Assembly: GCA_964016885.1 (NCBI GenBank) | Contig: OZ024753.1 | Coordinates: 11,718,001 to 11,782,000, forward strand | Reading direction: 5' to 3' | Length of the DNA stretch: 64,000 nucleotides | From: Eledone cirrhosa | Taxonomy: Eukaryota | In this document: positions 26,873 to 40,800 of the stretch, one piece after another | Layout: the number at the start of each line of letters is the position of its first letter | How positions within the stretch are numbered: position 1 is the stretch's first letter | Position numbers and translations under genes: made by a program | Notes under the pieces: model-generated | Told to the model about the DNA's origin: nothing | The model's database searches: none | What the model saw: only the letters and a program-made list of their open reading frames with translations

Positions 26873-27460
26873 TACCGTCATTACTGATACAAGATTATGT
26901 CAACTGATGACCTTCAAGAGTTTGTCTAGTTGAAGCCGTTCGTACTACAGTCCAGTATTATTATGATTGCTTTACAACATAGAGTTATGGCTCTCCACGC
27001 TCTGAACTTAAATCCTGCCGAGGTCAACCTTGCCTTTCATCCCCACGGAGTCAACAAAAGAGAGTACCAGTAATGCGCTGGACCAGTCGCTGGATCCGTG
27101 CCAAAAGCAGAAAAATTATTATTATTAAAGTTGTTTTCTTAAGGCCCGGTCGCTGGTGATGGTGATGGCGGCGGTGGTGGCAGTTGATGTTGTTGTTGTG
27201 TGCGTGTGTATGTGTATTGTTATTGAGTTTTTTTGTTTTTTTTTAATCGTTTGATGCCGCTGTTATAACATGGCTAAAATTCAAATTTTGCAAAGAGAAG
27301 AAAAGGGACAAATGAACTAGATACATCTCACTGTCCCCCGCCACCACAATAACGTCTACACTCGTTCCCCACCATCACATGTCATTACCCTATCTAGACT
27401 AAAGTCATCGACCTGTTGTCAAACTATCTACTCTCTGTTGAATGTGTATATATATATATG

Positions 27461-27760
27461 TATATAAGATCAAAAGATGCTTAAAAGAGTTCCATGTATT
27501 TTATTATGCGCATTTCAAAAACAAATATCATGCGATAACATTTGCGTTTTCGTCAGATGAAATCGGGAGACATGATATGAAAACGCAAATGTCATCGCAT
27601 GATGATATTTGTTTTTGAAATGCGCATAATAAAATGCATGGCACTCTTTTAACCATCTTTTGATCTTATATATCATTTATACTCCAGTCCTACAAACTGT
27701 AGAGTGCTACTTATCCGATATCTGCATTGCTTTATTATACTACAATAAAACTCACCTCCT
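27461..27760 (+). mobile_element. PLE pLTR fold-back insert (arms ~27461-27551 / 27579-27672)
   Basis: Inverted repeat in TA context, with tagagtgct at 27700-27708. Confidence 0.75.
27498..27563 (-). ncRNA. Hammerhead ribozyme
   Basis: atttcat-CTGACGA-aaacgcaaatgttatc-gcat-gatatttgttttt-GAAA-tgcgca-TA-ataaaat; helix III is the palindrome ATGCGCAT. Confidence 0.7.
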
Positions 27761-27914
27761 ACATATATATATGTTTGTATATGTGTGTGTATATATATAT
27801 ATATGTATGTACATCAATCAGTCAAACGACCAGATTTCAACCCCAACATCTACAACAACAACACCGGCACTAATGTTCACAGCAACAAGAGCTTCAGAAT
27901 GAATTGAAATGAAC

Positions 27915-27973
27915 ATTTATGTATATATATATATACACATGTATGTATGTATGTATGTATGTATGTATGTATG

Positions 27974-28056
<83 letters not shown>

Positions 28057-28059
28057 ATG

Positions 28060-28135
<76 letters not shown>

Positions 28136-28475
28136 CATGTATATATATATATATATATACATGTATGTATATATATAAACATGTATGTATATATATATAT
28201 AAACATGTATATACATATATATATAAACATGTATGTATATATATATATATAATCATGTATGTATATATATATATATAAACATGTATGTATATATAAACAT
28301 GTATGTATATATATATATAAACATGTATGTATATATATATAAACATGTATGTATATATATATATATATATAAATATCTATGTATATATATATATATATAA
28401 ACATGTATATACATATATATATATAAACATGTATATACATGTTTATATATAAACATGTATATATATATGTGTATG
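27915..28475. repeat. acatgtatgta(ta)n minisatellite
   Basis: Direct inspection. Confidence 0.9.
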
Positions 28476-28479
28476 TGAG

Positions 28480-28797
28480 TAAAGGATAAAGACCACCCCT
28501 CGGTCAGGAATGACCATGTGATTTGCACCAAGAACATTATTCTCCGATGTACACGTCCAGGCACGGTTGTTTGTAAATACCACCAGTCACCCATACATAG
28601 TAGTCTCCCCTCTCCACACCACCGATGTTGTCCAAGAGAAAGGCAATGATCGATACAGCTTGGCACCAGTGACGCAGCAACTTGTTTCTATTGCTGAGTG
28701 AACCGGAACAACATGAAATGAAGTGTCTTGCTCAAGAACATAACGCAAAGCCTAGTCCGAGAATCGAACTCAAAGACTCACGATTATAAGAATGATG

Positions 28798-28800
<3 letters not shown>
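28480..28800 (-). mobile_element. Second tRNA-derived SINE family (long form)
   Basis: B-box gagttcgattc and core gttcttgagcaagacacttcatttca on the minus strand. Confidence 0.7.
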
Positions 28801-28842
<42 letters not shown>

Positions 28843-29007
28843 AAAACCTGCTTCATAGAATCGAGACGTAGCCGAGGACCGCACGATTTTAGAGTCAGGT
28901 TTGATCACCACATCGATCGTGCCTCGAGCTGGTCGCCCGAGAAACGATTGTAATATGCCCAATAAATTCCTTTCTTCGCAACACTGATTCTCTTTTTTTC
29001 TGTGTGA

Positions 29008-29442
29008 TATATATATATATATAATATATATAATATATATAATATATATATATAATATATATATAATATATATATATAATATATATAATATATATATAAT
29101 ATATATAATATATAAAATATATATATATATAATATATATATATAATATATATATATATAATATATATAATATATATATATAATATATATATATATAATAT
29201 ATATAATATATAATATATATATATATAATATATATAATATATATATATATAATATATATAATATATATATATAATATATATAATATATATATATAATATA
29301 TATATATAATATATATAATATATATATAATATATATAATATATATATAATATATAATATATATATAATATATATATATATATAATATATATATTATATAT
29401 ATATATATAATATATATAATATATAATATATATATAATATAT

Positions 29443-29478
<36 letters not shown>

Positions 29479-29480
29479 CT
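29008..29480. repeat. (TA)nA-type pure-AT microsatellite
   Basis: Direct inspection. Confidence 0.95.
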
Positions 29481-29524
29481 TATACTGTATAATATATATA
29501 TATACTTATACTTATTATTTGTAT

Positions 29525-29740
29525 ACTGTGTGGCTGAGTGGGTAGGGAATTAGATTCGCAGTCTTGAGGTTGTAAGTTCGATTCCCGGACCGGGCAATAC
29601 GTTATGTCTTTGAACAAGACACTTTATTTCACGTTGCTCCTTCTACTTGGAGTTGCGACCGATAGATAGTACTAGTAACTCGAAAGACCGACGGAAACAT
29701 TGTTTCCTCGGTCCGATTGACGAAAGTCGATCGATAGAAA
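29525..29740 (+). mobile_element. tRNA-derived SINE, family 2
   Basis: A-box tggctgagtgg, B-box gttcgattcc. Homologous to 38963-39180. Confidence 0.8.
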
Positions 29741-30255
29741 ATACTGTATATAAGTACAATGGCAAATTAACTTGTCAAATGGTGAACATATTTTCACAGA
29801 ATAGTAAGTTTTTATATGAAACTTTTAAAAAATACTGTACTACTCTAATCGCTATTTCTAAAACCTAATAACTTATTCAGAATATAAAAATGATTTTTGT
29901 TTCTAATACTCAGAAGAGTTTTAGAAAAGATAAACTTCTTGATTGAATCATTAAAACACATCCAGGGCTATACTAAGGGGAATCTTTATTGTTGTTATCC
30001 ACTGGTGTTGCTCTGAGGCCGATGCTATCTATCTATCTTCCATTTCGGCTTCTAGCTTTTTGCGTAGATATAGCGCTATGATTTCTCCGGCGCCATTTTC
30101 CTTAATAATTGCTAGTCTGTGAAAAGCTTTGTTTAACTGAGAAAAAAAAAAGACATAACAAAAACAATATTTTCACTTTTTTATCTTGGCTTTCAAAATA
30201 GTTCAAAATTTAAACACACACACACAGACACACATACACACACACATACACACAT

Positions 30256-30323
<68 letters not shown>

Positions 30324-31019
30324 CATAAATGAGAAATCTGTATAGTGAAGGCAGTATTAATGGAGCTTTTAACTTTTCTTTCAAGGTGGATGAGATGAAT
30401 GTTGACAGAATTATATGAATTGTTAAACACTGCATAAATAATGGGAAGTGTGTTCTGTCAAATAGTGAAATTTAGAAAAAAATCATGAAAGCAAAATTGA
30501 GTAGAATTAACGTTTGTTGATAAGCAGAATTCTAATATCGTATTTCTTTAATTTTCGGGAGGGTTGTGTATCGAAAATATCGGTGAATTCTCAATGACTT
30601 TAGGGCATCGATTAAATGCCTCCTTATTTGGATTTGTTTCGCCTCACAGTTCTTTGCTTCGATAAATAATGTAGCCATCAAAGATGCGATTAGCAGAAAT
30701 TGACAAGTGTTGGATGAGATGATTTGCATCCATTGCTGTGGGTATCTAATTTCTCATTTTAAATCGCGCCACTTTCTTCCAGGATTCAGGACAAATAGGT
30801 AGCCTCAGCAATTGAAATATCAATGGAAGCATTGCTCGTTGCCTTCATCCGATCTGATTGGCTCATTTATCTTTTTAGTTTTTATTGTTGCCAATCGTTC
30901 ACGTGTTTGCAGGTTTTGTCAACAATATGTTGGCAGTATCGGTAGAGAGTCAGACACAATGCTTTGCGGAATAGAGTTATGGCCCTTTATGTCCAACATT
31001 AAAAATCCCACAAGATATA

Positions 31020-31300
31020 TTTATTATCCGAATCAGCTTTGACAGAGCAACTACATGACAAAGAGCATTCCTTTCATGACCAATCCTTGTTCTTTTCACA
31101 TAAAAATTTGTATTCAATAATTCTACCTTTAAGAGTATAACACGTGATTTGGAGATTTCATTTCTATTTCTCTCAAGCAAGCAAGTGCTCAAATGTACTC
31201 TAGCGACTGTCATCATATAATCCTCCAATAACAGTGGAGTGCCAAGAGCTACAATAGCCAACATGTCTTTATAACTGGTATTGTCCACATCCAATTTGAA
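31020..31300 (-). pseudogene. Possible highly decayed hAT transposase C-terminal dimerisation domain
   Basis: SYKDMLAIVAL..MTVA..ISKSR..KRTRIGHERNAL loosely resembles the hATC consensus (YPNLAIAL..TVAS.ERSFSKLK..LRSTMGQERLNAL). Confidence 0.3.
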
Positions 31301-31723
31301 ATGTATAGTTTCTTTGGAATGTATTACAACACTAATTCCTTAAGGTGGGTGTAGGAAAACATACTTGATACCGATTCATACTCAACATTTAATATGATTT
31401 AATGGTATTTTAGTATATACAAGGTAGTGCATAAAGAACTCCCACATTTGAAGAGAAATAAAAACAAAATGTGGGAGCAGGGTTGGATTCAGACCTTGGG
31501 AGGCCCAGGTACTTGTTTTGGAGAGCCCTTCATACACAAAATTAAAATAGAATACACAACAAGCCCCCTAATTTTACATATCAACGTTAGTTTAGCGCAA
31601 GTAACTGGAATTGAAAAGATAAACATATACACGTTTTGTATCCTTCCTAGCTAACAATATTACAGCCTTTGTATTGATTTCATTAGAGTTTTATCCTTTG
31701 ACAAATAGTCCTTCCTTAAGTCA

Positions 31724-31900
31724 GATCACTCTTGAGTGCTACTGGTAACATGTAACCCAGTACAACCTGTCGCATGGTCGCGTCGTCGGCGACTAATACG
31801 GCAACCCCATCAAGTTTTCTGGGGGAGGAGGGGAATTTTGGACACAACAAAAAACAAAACCTGACAATAGGCGGAAGAACTCATAAGAGTCAACGGTCAT
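31724..31900 (+). mobile_element. Copy of the 6530-6712 repeat
   Basis: cactcttgagtgctactggtaacatgtaaccc...ggcggaagaactcataagagtcaacgg. Confidence 0.75.
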
Positions 31901-33449
31901 CTATAAATATAAAAAAATCCTGCCAAATCAATGGGTGGCAGTAATTCCAGCTGCACGCATCTAAAGACTGGTGTAGTAGTTTTGAGAACAATGCAGCTTT
32001 GCAGATTATCAATGCAAATTAACAATGGAAAGGGGGCTCCCACCCGAGTTAGAAGAGAACTATTGACCTTCAGGAGAAGCAGTGATCCCCGATTGTATTC
32101 AGCAACCGAAATAAATATGAAGTACACCAAATCCAATGCTCCTAGGGGCAACGCTGGTTCTTATTTGCGAGTGTAAACTCGGCCAGATTAGATTAGATTA
32201 TAAGTTGAGTATTGTCCCTTTGTCATCTCAAATTTGTGTGCAATGGCGAAACATTGTGTCATTCTTTAGTAAAAAAAATAAATAAAAAAATAAAATAAAA
32301 TAAAAAGTATTTTGGGGTTTAATCTTTGTGCAGTATTAGCGCCTGGCGTCGCAACATATCTTTTATGTTGATGTGTCATAACTCAGGTTATTTCTGTAGC
32401 TTAATGCTCTCCTATTTATGTCATGGATTGCAGAATACTGCTATTAAATCTGTCTCCCATGCTTCCATTCTAGAGCACAGATATGAGTTGTAAAATATCA
32501 AAGACGTATAAACCTACATTCACTCACAAGTTCTCATATATTAAATCCAAGACTACGCAACAGTTATGTTTGATCTTTTATAGAGATGCTGGGGTTTAAA
32601 AAGAAAAAAAAAAAAAAAAAAAAAAAGATTTGGGATGCACCGAACATCTGTATATTCAAAGAATTTATTGAAAAAATTCCTCAGGCTGTTCAGTTTCGCC
32701 TTTTTAGTATGTACACGCTATATTTATTTCTTCGTTTGATATTTAGAAATTGTCTCATTGATATTATGCTACACACAAAAGCTGCCAGGGTTCATTAGAC
32801 CAGATTTTATTGTGATTATATCTGCTTATGATATTCCACGCTGACATATTTATTGATTACACTGATGGCTATCATTTCATGCAGTGGCACAGTTCTTCGA
32901 GTTTCTTTCGTAAACTTAATGTTAGCAGTCTTACCATCTTAATTCTTTTTGCCACGAGGCAATACTTTTTATTGCAGACCAAACTTATTATATTTTGAAA
33001 ACTCCCATAGTTTATGCTTAGTCACAATTATATATAAGATAGAACAGACTATAGGAGAGTAGAGTTAAATAAATGACATATCTACTTACGTAAATATATT
33101 TTGATATTCACCAACTATTAATTCAGTCGTACCCCATATTCGTTCTTATTCGTAATTTATTTCCGAAGACATAATCTTCAGATATCTTCAGTATCAAGCT
33201 CTTTTATTTATCTGTTACCTAACCTACATTATATAGAATCAAGCACTAACTGAATGAACATTCAATATATATATATAAGTAGATTAGAGATTCTATGTTC
33301 TATACGGCAAAATTTGAGAATTAATTCGAAAGTTTCTAAGTGATCCCGCATTCCCGTTATCATATCATCATGAACTCTATGCCAATTCTAACAACACTGT
33401 ACTATTAAATGTATGATTTTCGCCCAACAAATCAAATATTTTACTTGCT

Positions 33450-33950
33450 AGGTACTTTCCACTTTATTAAAAATACATTTCAATCGATTAATAACGGATT
33501 TATGAGCAACAGTTGCTGATCCACGATTAGATTCTTCTGGACCACACGGCTACATGTGATCGAACAAGTTCTGAGCATGACCATCCCGTCTATGGAACTG
33601 CAGTTCCAACTAGATGATCCAGCAGGATGTTTCATGAGTTTGGCCTCGTATTTAAGGGAAATGTTTTTGTTCTTTGTAAGAGATTCATTTATCAGAAGGA
33701 AAATAATTTCTGAAGGGTCGTTTTCAAGCCATTTAATTTAAAGTTCCCATCTATTATAAGTGTTCGGAAATATTCAAAAATGTTATTCAATGTGGATGAA
33801 TCTTCAACATGAAAGATAGAAATGTCTAGATTTGCTTTCATGCAAAGAATTAACAATCCCCTACCGACCGATTTTAAACTGGAATCTGACAGCACATGCA
33901 ACTCAAAGGAGAACATAAACCTCGATAGATACGTGTAATCAATTCGAAAT
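33450..33950 (-). pseudogene. Possible ancient LINE AP-endonuclease relic
   Basis: GRGLLILCMK...LIIDGNF and a downstream SSIDGMV resemble the APE motifs GV.ILI / IIGGDFN / S.IDYI. Confidence 0.25.
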
Positions 33951-34942
33951 AATTATTCGTATGCATATTTTAATTACAAATATTTCTTATCCCCTGGAAA
34001 TCTATACACTTACTTGCAGCCTGGGACACAGAAGGGTTTGCAAAGAATCCATTTGGAACACTTTAGTATCAAACAAAGCAAAAATAATTTTAATAAAACA
34101 TGTTAGCTAGCTTTTGCATACTGGATTTCAACATCAAAAGAATCAGTTATTTCTATATAGGAAATCTGTTTTATATATACGTAGGTTAGGAATTATCTTC
34201 TGTAACGATCGAATGATGTGGGTTCTGTTAGCTAGTGAAATAGTGAGATTTCTATTGAGTCTGCGATGCAAGAACATTTATTTAATAACTACTGCCTTAA
34301 GATTCAATGATCGATTAAACGAGTAACTTATGTAACATGATATGGATTCGAGCACATAACTCTGTATAAAGTACACTTTGGATTTGGTGTGTGCTATAAC
34401 ACACACATACAATCACCCCCTCACATATACACTTATGAATCTTTCTATTTCTATATATATATATATATATATACAGTTATACTTTGGGAGGGTCATGTTG
34501 CCAATAAGAAACACACGCACCAGCTGTTTCACTTCAATTTATTATAATAAATTTATAAATTTAGGAATTTATAAATTTCCGGTTGGTTGGTTGGTTCCAC
34601 AACTAGATGGTTGTTTATATATTGTCGAAGTTCTTTCGTCACACATTCTGTGAGCTCTTCAGTGACTGGGGATTCTTTTCTTTGTTTTTTGTGCCTCTCC
34701 TTTGTTCTGTCCTACGCCATCTTGTTTTTTGTGTATATATATATATATATAGATATATATATATATATAGAGAGAGAGAGAAAGAGAGGCGTGTGTACGT
34801 GTATGTTTATCGTCGGTGTTTCTGTATTTATGAGTGCATGTTCATAAATGTATTTACGTATTTACATACGTAAGTATAGTCGCATACAAACAGTTGACTT
34901 TTTTATCTGCCCGACTGACTGTCTTCTCAAGATACCCACATT

Positions 34943-34985
<43 letters not shown>

Positions 34986-35019
34986 CTCTCTCTCTCTCTC
35001 TCTCTACCTCAAACTCCCC

Positions 35020-35050
<31 letters not shown>

Positions 35051-35092
35051 TACATAAATAAATATAAGTTTATATAGAAACAGTTTCAACAG

Positions 35093-35150
<58 letters not shown>

Positions 35151-35487
35151 ATATATATAATTATATAGTTATAATTATATTGTTATGTAATAAACAACAT
35201 AAGATAATTATTTCATTTACCAGTGGTTTCTTGAAAGCAAACAAATCTGCTTTCAGTCGTCAGAATGAAAAAAATCCTGGTGTTTTTATTGAATGTGGAT
35301 TTGAAAACAAAAATATAAGAAATATGAAAGAGAGGCTGTGTGGGTTTGAAAACAAAAATATTATTATTATATAACTAATAAGCTCTGTAACCTACATAGA
35401 GCACTCTTTTTTTCTGGACGTTTACGACGGAATTACTTCATTTACACATATATATAATTATGTATATATATATATATATATATATAT

Positions 35488-35973
35488 GTTATTCCGGGTT
35501 GAATCGGAGGTAACCACAGTAAGTAAGGTACTCAATACATTGCAGAGTATAAAAGTTTTAATATAGATGAGATTCTACAGGACTAGAACTGTTTCATTCT
35601 TTAGAAATCATCAGGAAACTGGTTATCAAAAAATAAATATGGTATTTATAGGTCTCTTCAGGTGGTAGGAGAGGGTGGGGAGTGGGATGGGTGTAGGTCA
35701 TTGGTTGATAGAAAAGGGAATTCATTAAAAGCTAATTCTTCAAAGCTATAGTTTATATTTAGAGTAAGAAAGGCAGAAAGAATTCTATAAACAAGTTCAG
35801 GATGAATGAATTCCCTTTTCTATCAACCAATGACCTACACCCTACCCACTCCCTTCCATCTCCTACCACCTGAAGAGACCTATAAATACCATATTTATTT
35901 TTTGATACCCAGATTCCTGATGATTTCTAAAGAATGAAACAGTTCTAGTCCTGTAGAATCTCATCTATATTAA

Positions 35974-35977
<4 letters not shown>
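35488..35977 (-). mobile_element. PLE pLTR fold-back insert, family E (arms 35554-35726 / 35805-35977)
   Basis: ~173-bp inverted repeat between (TA)n tracts. Fragments of the same family at ~9292-9321, ~9822-9853 and ~58996-59050. Confidence 0.8.
35911..35961 (+). ncRNA. Hammerhead ribozyme
   Basis: agattc-CTGATGA-tttc-taaa-gaat-GAAA-cag-ttctagtc-ctg-TA-gaatct; GUA cleavage triplet and 6-bp helix I. Confidence 0.8.
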
Positions 35978-36012
<35 letters not shown>

Positions 36013-36015
<3 letters not shown>

Positions 36016-36150
36016 CGAAGGAAATGTGGTAAGGAACCAGGTGGCCCATAACGCACCAAAGTACTCAATACTTAGGGTAGTAGAGTGGGTAGTAGGAACG
36101 AATAAGACCCCGACGGCTGAGCTCAAGCCGTTTCGACGGCTAATTCTTGA
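36013..36150 (-). mobile_element. PLE pLTR remnant, family B
   Basis: Reverse complement of ~1790-1925. Confidence 0.8.
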
Positions 36151-36693
36151 CTAAAGGAACATTTTTATCCTGGTATTTGAATAGCCGAGCTTCTCAGGGG
36201 GTAATTCCGTATATGGTAAAAGTGATTGTCACAAGGATTGGTCAAAAGTTTGGTCAAAATAAATATGTATATGATTGGTCAAAATAAATATGTATATGTG
36301 TAAATATATATATATATATATATATTTGTCTGTTTGCATACATACAGGGAGCATATTATCGTAACAAATTCACAAGGGAAGTTGGTATTTTTTTAACATA
36401 AGGGAGGTTTCGTCTGGATGCTGTCATTTGTAAGTTTTCTGTTGCTGAATACCCATCCAATCACCAACCATTCACTAAATATACAGAACATATTATATAA
36501 TGACACCAACACCGAAGAGTTGGTTGTGTCTTTGATGCAGATGAAGAGACACCTCAAAACTTTATTCAGCAAAGGTCTCTTAATTATTTTCCTATCGATC
36601 TGTTATGTCGTTTTGTTAATTAGCTATTTGATTTACCTCCCATCAGTCTTTCTTCACATATTGGAACTCACTTCTCTGAAAGGCCCTCTATGT

Positions 36694-37080
36694 CAGAGGT
36701 TCTCAAGTGGACGCTACCACGCTCAGGGGGCTTTGAGAAGGTTCAGGGGGTGGCGGTACTGGTGTGTAAGGGTGGCGGTGGGGGAGATAGAGATGATATA
36801 ATAGTATATTAAGTATCCAAAGATACAATACTATATATTAATATAGTAAAATAAAAAAAATGTATATTTAATTAAACATAGTATATATTATATTATTTAT
36901 TATATAAATTAGAAAGAAAAGTAGAAACAATTATTTATTATATACAAATTAACGATTCTATTTATTATATATCATTTACGATTTGCGTGTAGGCAGATCT
37001 CTCTGGAAATAGGATTGGGGGCGCTGAAGATTCTACGTGAGCATAAAGGGGTCGGTGGCCCAATACATTGTGAACCTCTG
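36694..37080. mobile_element. hAT (Charlie-like) MITE
   Basis: TIRs cagaggttctcaa / ttgtgaacctctg; 8-bp TSD ctctatgt / ttctatgt. Confidence 0.8.
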
Positions 37081-37394
37081 TTCTATGTGATCGCACGCAA
37101 ACTCAGAAGAAGCAACCAAACATCTTTGAAATCTCACCATATATTCATAAACAAGGAAATCCATATTGGATAAATATATTTGGAGATACATGATCAAATA
37201 CGATATGATATATTTATTACCATAACGCCATTTATCACTGGTCGAGGAAAAACAAACTCAATCTCACAAACTACATAAAATATTTTATTTCTTACTGAAA
37301 ACGAATTCTACTGAATATATTTCTCTATCTATCAACTCACGTGGATAGCCGAGAACAGGAGTCGTCACCTACATAGCAATCTACCTCCCTGCAT

Positions 37395-37427
<33 letters not shown>

Positions 37428-37454
37428 CTCGGGCATTCATATATATATATACAC

Positions 37455-37553
37455 ATACGTAGCTAACTATCTAAATCTCTCTCTCTATATATATATACAT
37501 ATATATATACATACATATACACACATATGTACACACATACATAGCTAACTCAC

Positions 37554-37588
<35 letters not shown>

Positions 37589-37597
37589 GTAGCTAAC

Positions 37598-37672
<75 letters not shown>

Positions 37673-37875
37673 AGCTAACTCACTTTATATATACATATAT
37701 ACAAACTCATACAGCTAACTCACTATAAATATATATACATATATATACATACACACACACATAGCTAATTCACTATATATATATATATATACATATATAT
37801 ACATACACACCCACATAGCTAATTCACTATATATATATACATATATATACATACACACCCACACACATAGATAAC

Positions 37876-37921
<46 letters not shown>

Positions 37922-37949
37922 CACACACACACACACACACATAGCTAAC

Positions 37950-37998
<49 letters not shown>

Positions 37999-38070
37999 CC
38001 ACATAGCTAACTCACTATATATACACACACATAGCTAACTCACTATATATATATATATACACACACACAC
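37455..38070. repeat. Minisatellite: ~11 copies of tagctaactcac separated by variable (TA)n(CA)n
   Basis: Cores near 37460, 37542, 37590, 37672, 37712, 37762, 37816, 37868, 37942, 38004 and 38032. Confidence 0.9.
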
Positions 38071-38374
38071 AAACATATCTACCTACTTACTAAACAACCA
38101 GCTAACTAACCAAGCTACATATTGTACCCGGATATTTATATATTACCTATTTATCTGCCTCTTTATCTATCCACTCGATTATATGAATACAAGCCCCTTC
38201 CACCATCTACTCGTTACCTACCTCACCCCTTAAGAGCAGATGGAACAGCCATTTAGAGAAGAAATAATACCATCATACCCTTCCTAACGCATGCATAAGA
38301 ATCTGAACTCACCCAGAACTGTAATCACAAGCACGTACACAAAACCATACAAATACAAAGGCACACGTACACGT

Positions 38375-38419
38375 ACGCACACATATATATACACATATGT
38401 ATGTCTATATATGTGTATG

Positions 38420-38451
<32 letters not shown>

Positions 38452-38520
38452 TACATATATATATATACATATATATATACATATATATATATACATATAT
38501 ACATATATATATATATATAC

Positions 38521-38581
<61 letters not shown>

Positions 38582-38812
38582 CATATATATATATACATAT
38601 ATATATATACATATATATATATACATATATATATATACATATATATATATACATATATATATATACATATATATATATACATATATATATACATATATAT
38701 ATATACATATATATATATACATATATATATACATATATATATATATACATATATATATACATATATATATACATATATATATACATATATATATATATAC
38801 ATATATATATAC

Positions 38813-38847
<35 letters not shown>

Positions 38848-38848
38848 C

Positions 38849-38901
<53 letters not shown>

Positions 38902-38945
38902 CATACACATATATAGACATACATATGTGTATATATATGTGCGTA
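38375..38945. repeat. (TA)n/CA compound microsatellite
   Basis: Direct inspection. Confidence 0.95.
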
Positions 38946-38962
38946 CGTGTACATGTGCCTTT

Positions 38963-39180
38963 GAAGGCGTGTGGCTGAGTGGTTAGAGAATTGGATTCGC
39001 AATCGTAAGGTTGTGAGTTCGATTCCTGAACCAGGCGATGCGTTATGTCCTTGAGCAAGACACTTTATTTCACGTTGCTTCTTCTACCTGGAGTTGCGAC
39101 CGATAGATAGTATTAGCAATTGGAAAGACCAATGGAAACATTGTTTCCTCGGTCCGATTTGACGAAAGTCGATCGATTGG
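38963..39180 (+). mobile_element. tRNA-derived SINE, family 2
   Basis: tggctgagtggttagag...gagttcgattcc...tgtccttgagcaagacact. Confidence 0.85.
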
Positions 39181-39206
39181 AATATATATATATATATTCA
39201 TTTATA

Positions 39207-39260
<54 letters not shown>

Positions 39261-39365
39261 CATATCTAGCAGTCCGAGGTGAAGAACCGCATAAGGTGAA
39301 ACAATTGTTCTCGGTATGGTGAACTAACTGTTGTGTTAATACACCTACCTACCCCTCTCTCCTCC

Positions 39366-39399
<34 letters not shown>

Positions 39400-39400
<1 letters not shown>

Positions 39401-39859
39401 GGAAAGTTATATTTAAATTGTTGGGTTACAACTAGTAAATATTTATAACTGATATAAAAGCACTCAACAAGTATTTGGAGTATATTTACGACATTAAATA
39501 AATGGAAACTATATTTATAAAACCATATTTATTTCATTATATATATTTCAGGGATATCATATTAACAATATGTTATGCCTTCTTCAGACAAAATACAATA
39601 TAGACAGTTTTATAAATAAATAGATTCGACATACCGTTCAACATCGACTTGTATTTGAAAAGTTGATGAGTTGACTGCCAAATCAACTTTTCAAATACAA
39701 GTCGATGTTGAACGGTATGTCAAATCTATTTATTTATAAAACTGTCTATATTGTATTTTGTCTGAAGAAGGCATAACATATTGTTAATATGATATCCCTG
39801 AAATATATATAATGAAATAAATATGGTTTTATAAATATAGTTTCCATTTATTTAATATC

Positions 39860-39862
<3 letters not shown>
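39400..39862 (-). mobile_element. PLE pLTR fold-back insert, family D variant (arms 39487-39667 / 39682-39862)
   Basis: 181-bp near-perfect inverted repeat in (TA)n. Confidence 0.85.
39755..39818 (+). ncRNA. Hammerhead ribozyme
   Basis: attttgt-CTGAAGA-agg..catatt-gtt-aatatg..ccct-GAAA-tatata-TA-atgaaat. Confidence 0.7.
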
Positions 39863-39893
<31 letters not shown>

Positions 39894-40004
39894 GCTGGAT
39901 GTTATATCTGTACTAGTAGGGTACTCAGTCCATGGGACAATTAGTTGAAGATCCGCTTAAGGTGAAACATTTGTTCTCTCTCTCTCACATATATATATAT
40001 ATCA

Positions 40005-40197
40005 GATAGTTTACGGTAAAAACCAAATAGACATAACCCACCAGAGTACTCAATACTTAGGGTAGTAGAGTGGCTAATATGAAAAGATTCAGGACCCCGA
40101 CGGCTGAGCTCCGGCCGTTTCGACAGCTAGATCCTAATAGTTTGGATCTACCTATTGAGACGACCGGAGCTCAGGTATCGGAGTCCTGAGTTTTTTC

Positions 40198-40200
<3 letters not shown>
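40005..40200 (-). mobile_element. PLE pLTR family B variant with fold-back (~40078-40200)
   Basis: gagtactcaatacttagggtagtagagtgg, then an imperfect palindrome centred near 40139. Confidence 0.7.
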
Positions 40201-40231
<31 letters not shown>

Positions 40232-40249
40232 GTATACATAGGGAGATAG

Positions 40250-40256
40250 TGAAAGG

Positions 40257-40298
<42 letters not shown>

Positions 40299-40586
40299 AG
40301 AGAGACAGAGAGAGAAAGAAAGAGAGAGACAGAGAGAGAAAGAAAGAGAGAAAGAGAGAGAAAGAAAGATAGAAAGAGAGAAAGAAAGAGAGAAAGAAAG
40401 AGAGAGAAAGAGAAAGAAAGAGAGAGAAAGAGAGAGAAAGAGAGATAGAGAAATAGAGAGAGAGAAAGAAAGAGAGAGAGAAAGAAAGAGAGAGAGAAAG
40501 AAAGAGAGAGAGAAAGAAAGAGAGAGAGAAAGAAAGAAAGAGAGAGAAAGAGAGAGAGAGAGAGAAAGAAAGAGAGAGAGAAAGAA

Positions 40587-40633
<47 letters not shown>

Positions 40634-40704
40634 AAGAGAGAGAGAAAGAAAGAGAGAGAGAAAAAAAGAGAGAGAAAGAAAAAGAAAGAGAGAGAGAGAA
40701 AGAA

Positions 40705-40736
<32 letters not shown>

Positions 40737-40800
40737 AGAGAGAGAGAAAAAAGAGAGAGAGAAAGAAAAAGAAAGAGAGAGAGAGAGAAAGAAAGAGAGA
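40250..40800. repeat. (GA)n/(GAAA)n purine tract
   Basis: Direct inspection. Confidence 0.95.

Noticed and set aside
30029-30136. Apparent minus-strand terminal exon after a polypyrimidine-AG (LNKAFHRLAII...EMEDR*)
   Set aside because: It ends in a (TAGA)n tail and an alternative frame gives KWRRR, matching RTE 3' ends. It is more likely a decayed LINE end, and no partner exon was found.
37455-38070. CRISPR-like repeat-spacer appearance
   Set aside because: The core is only 12 nt, the spacers are simple dinucleotide runs, there are no cas genes, and the context is eukaryotic.
38963-39040. tRNA gene candidates (A/B boxes), here and in other SINE heads
   Set aside because: There is no complete cloverleaf, and the sequence continues into SINE cores.
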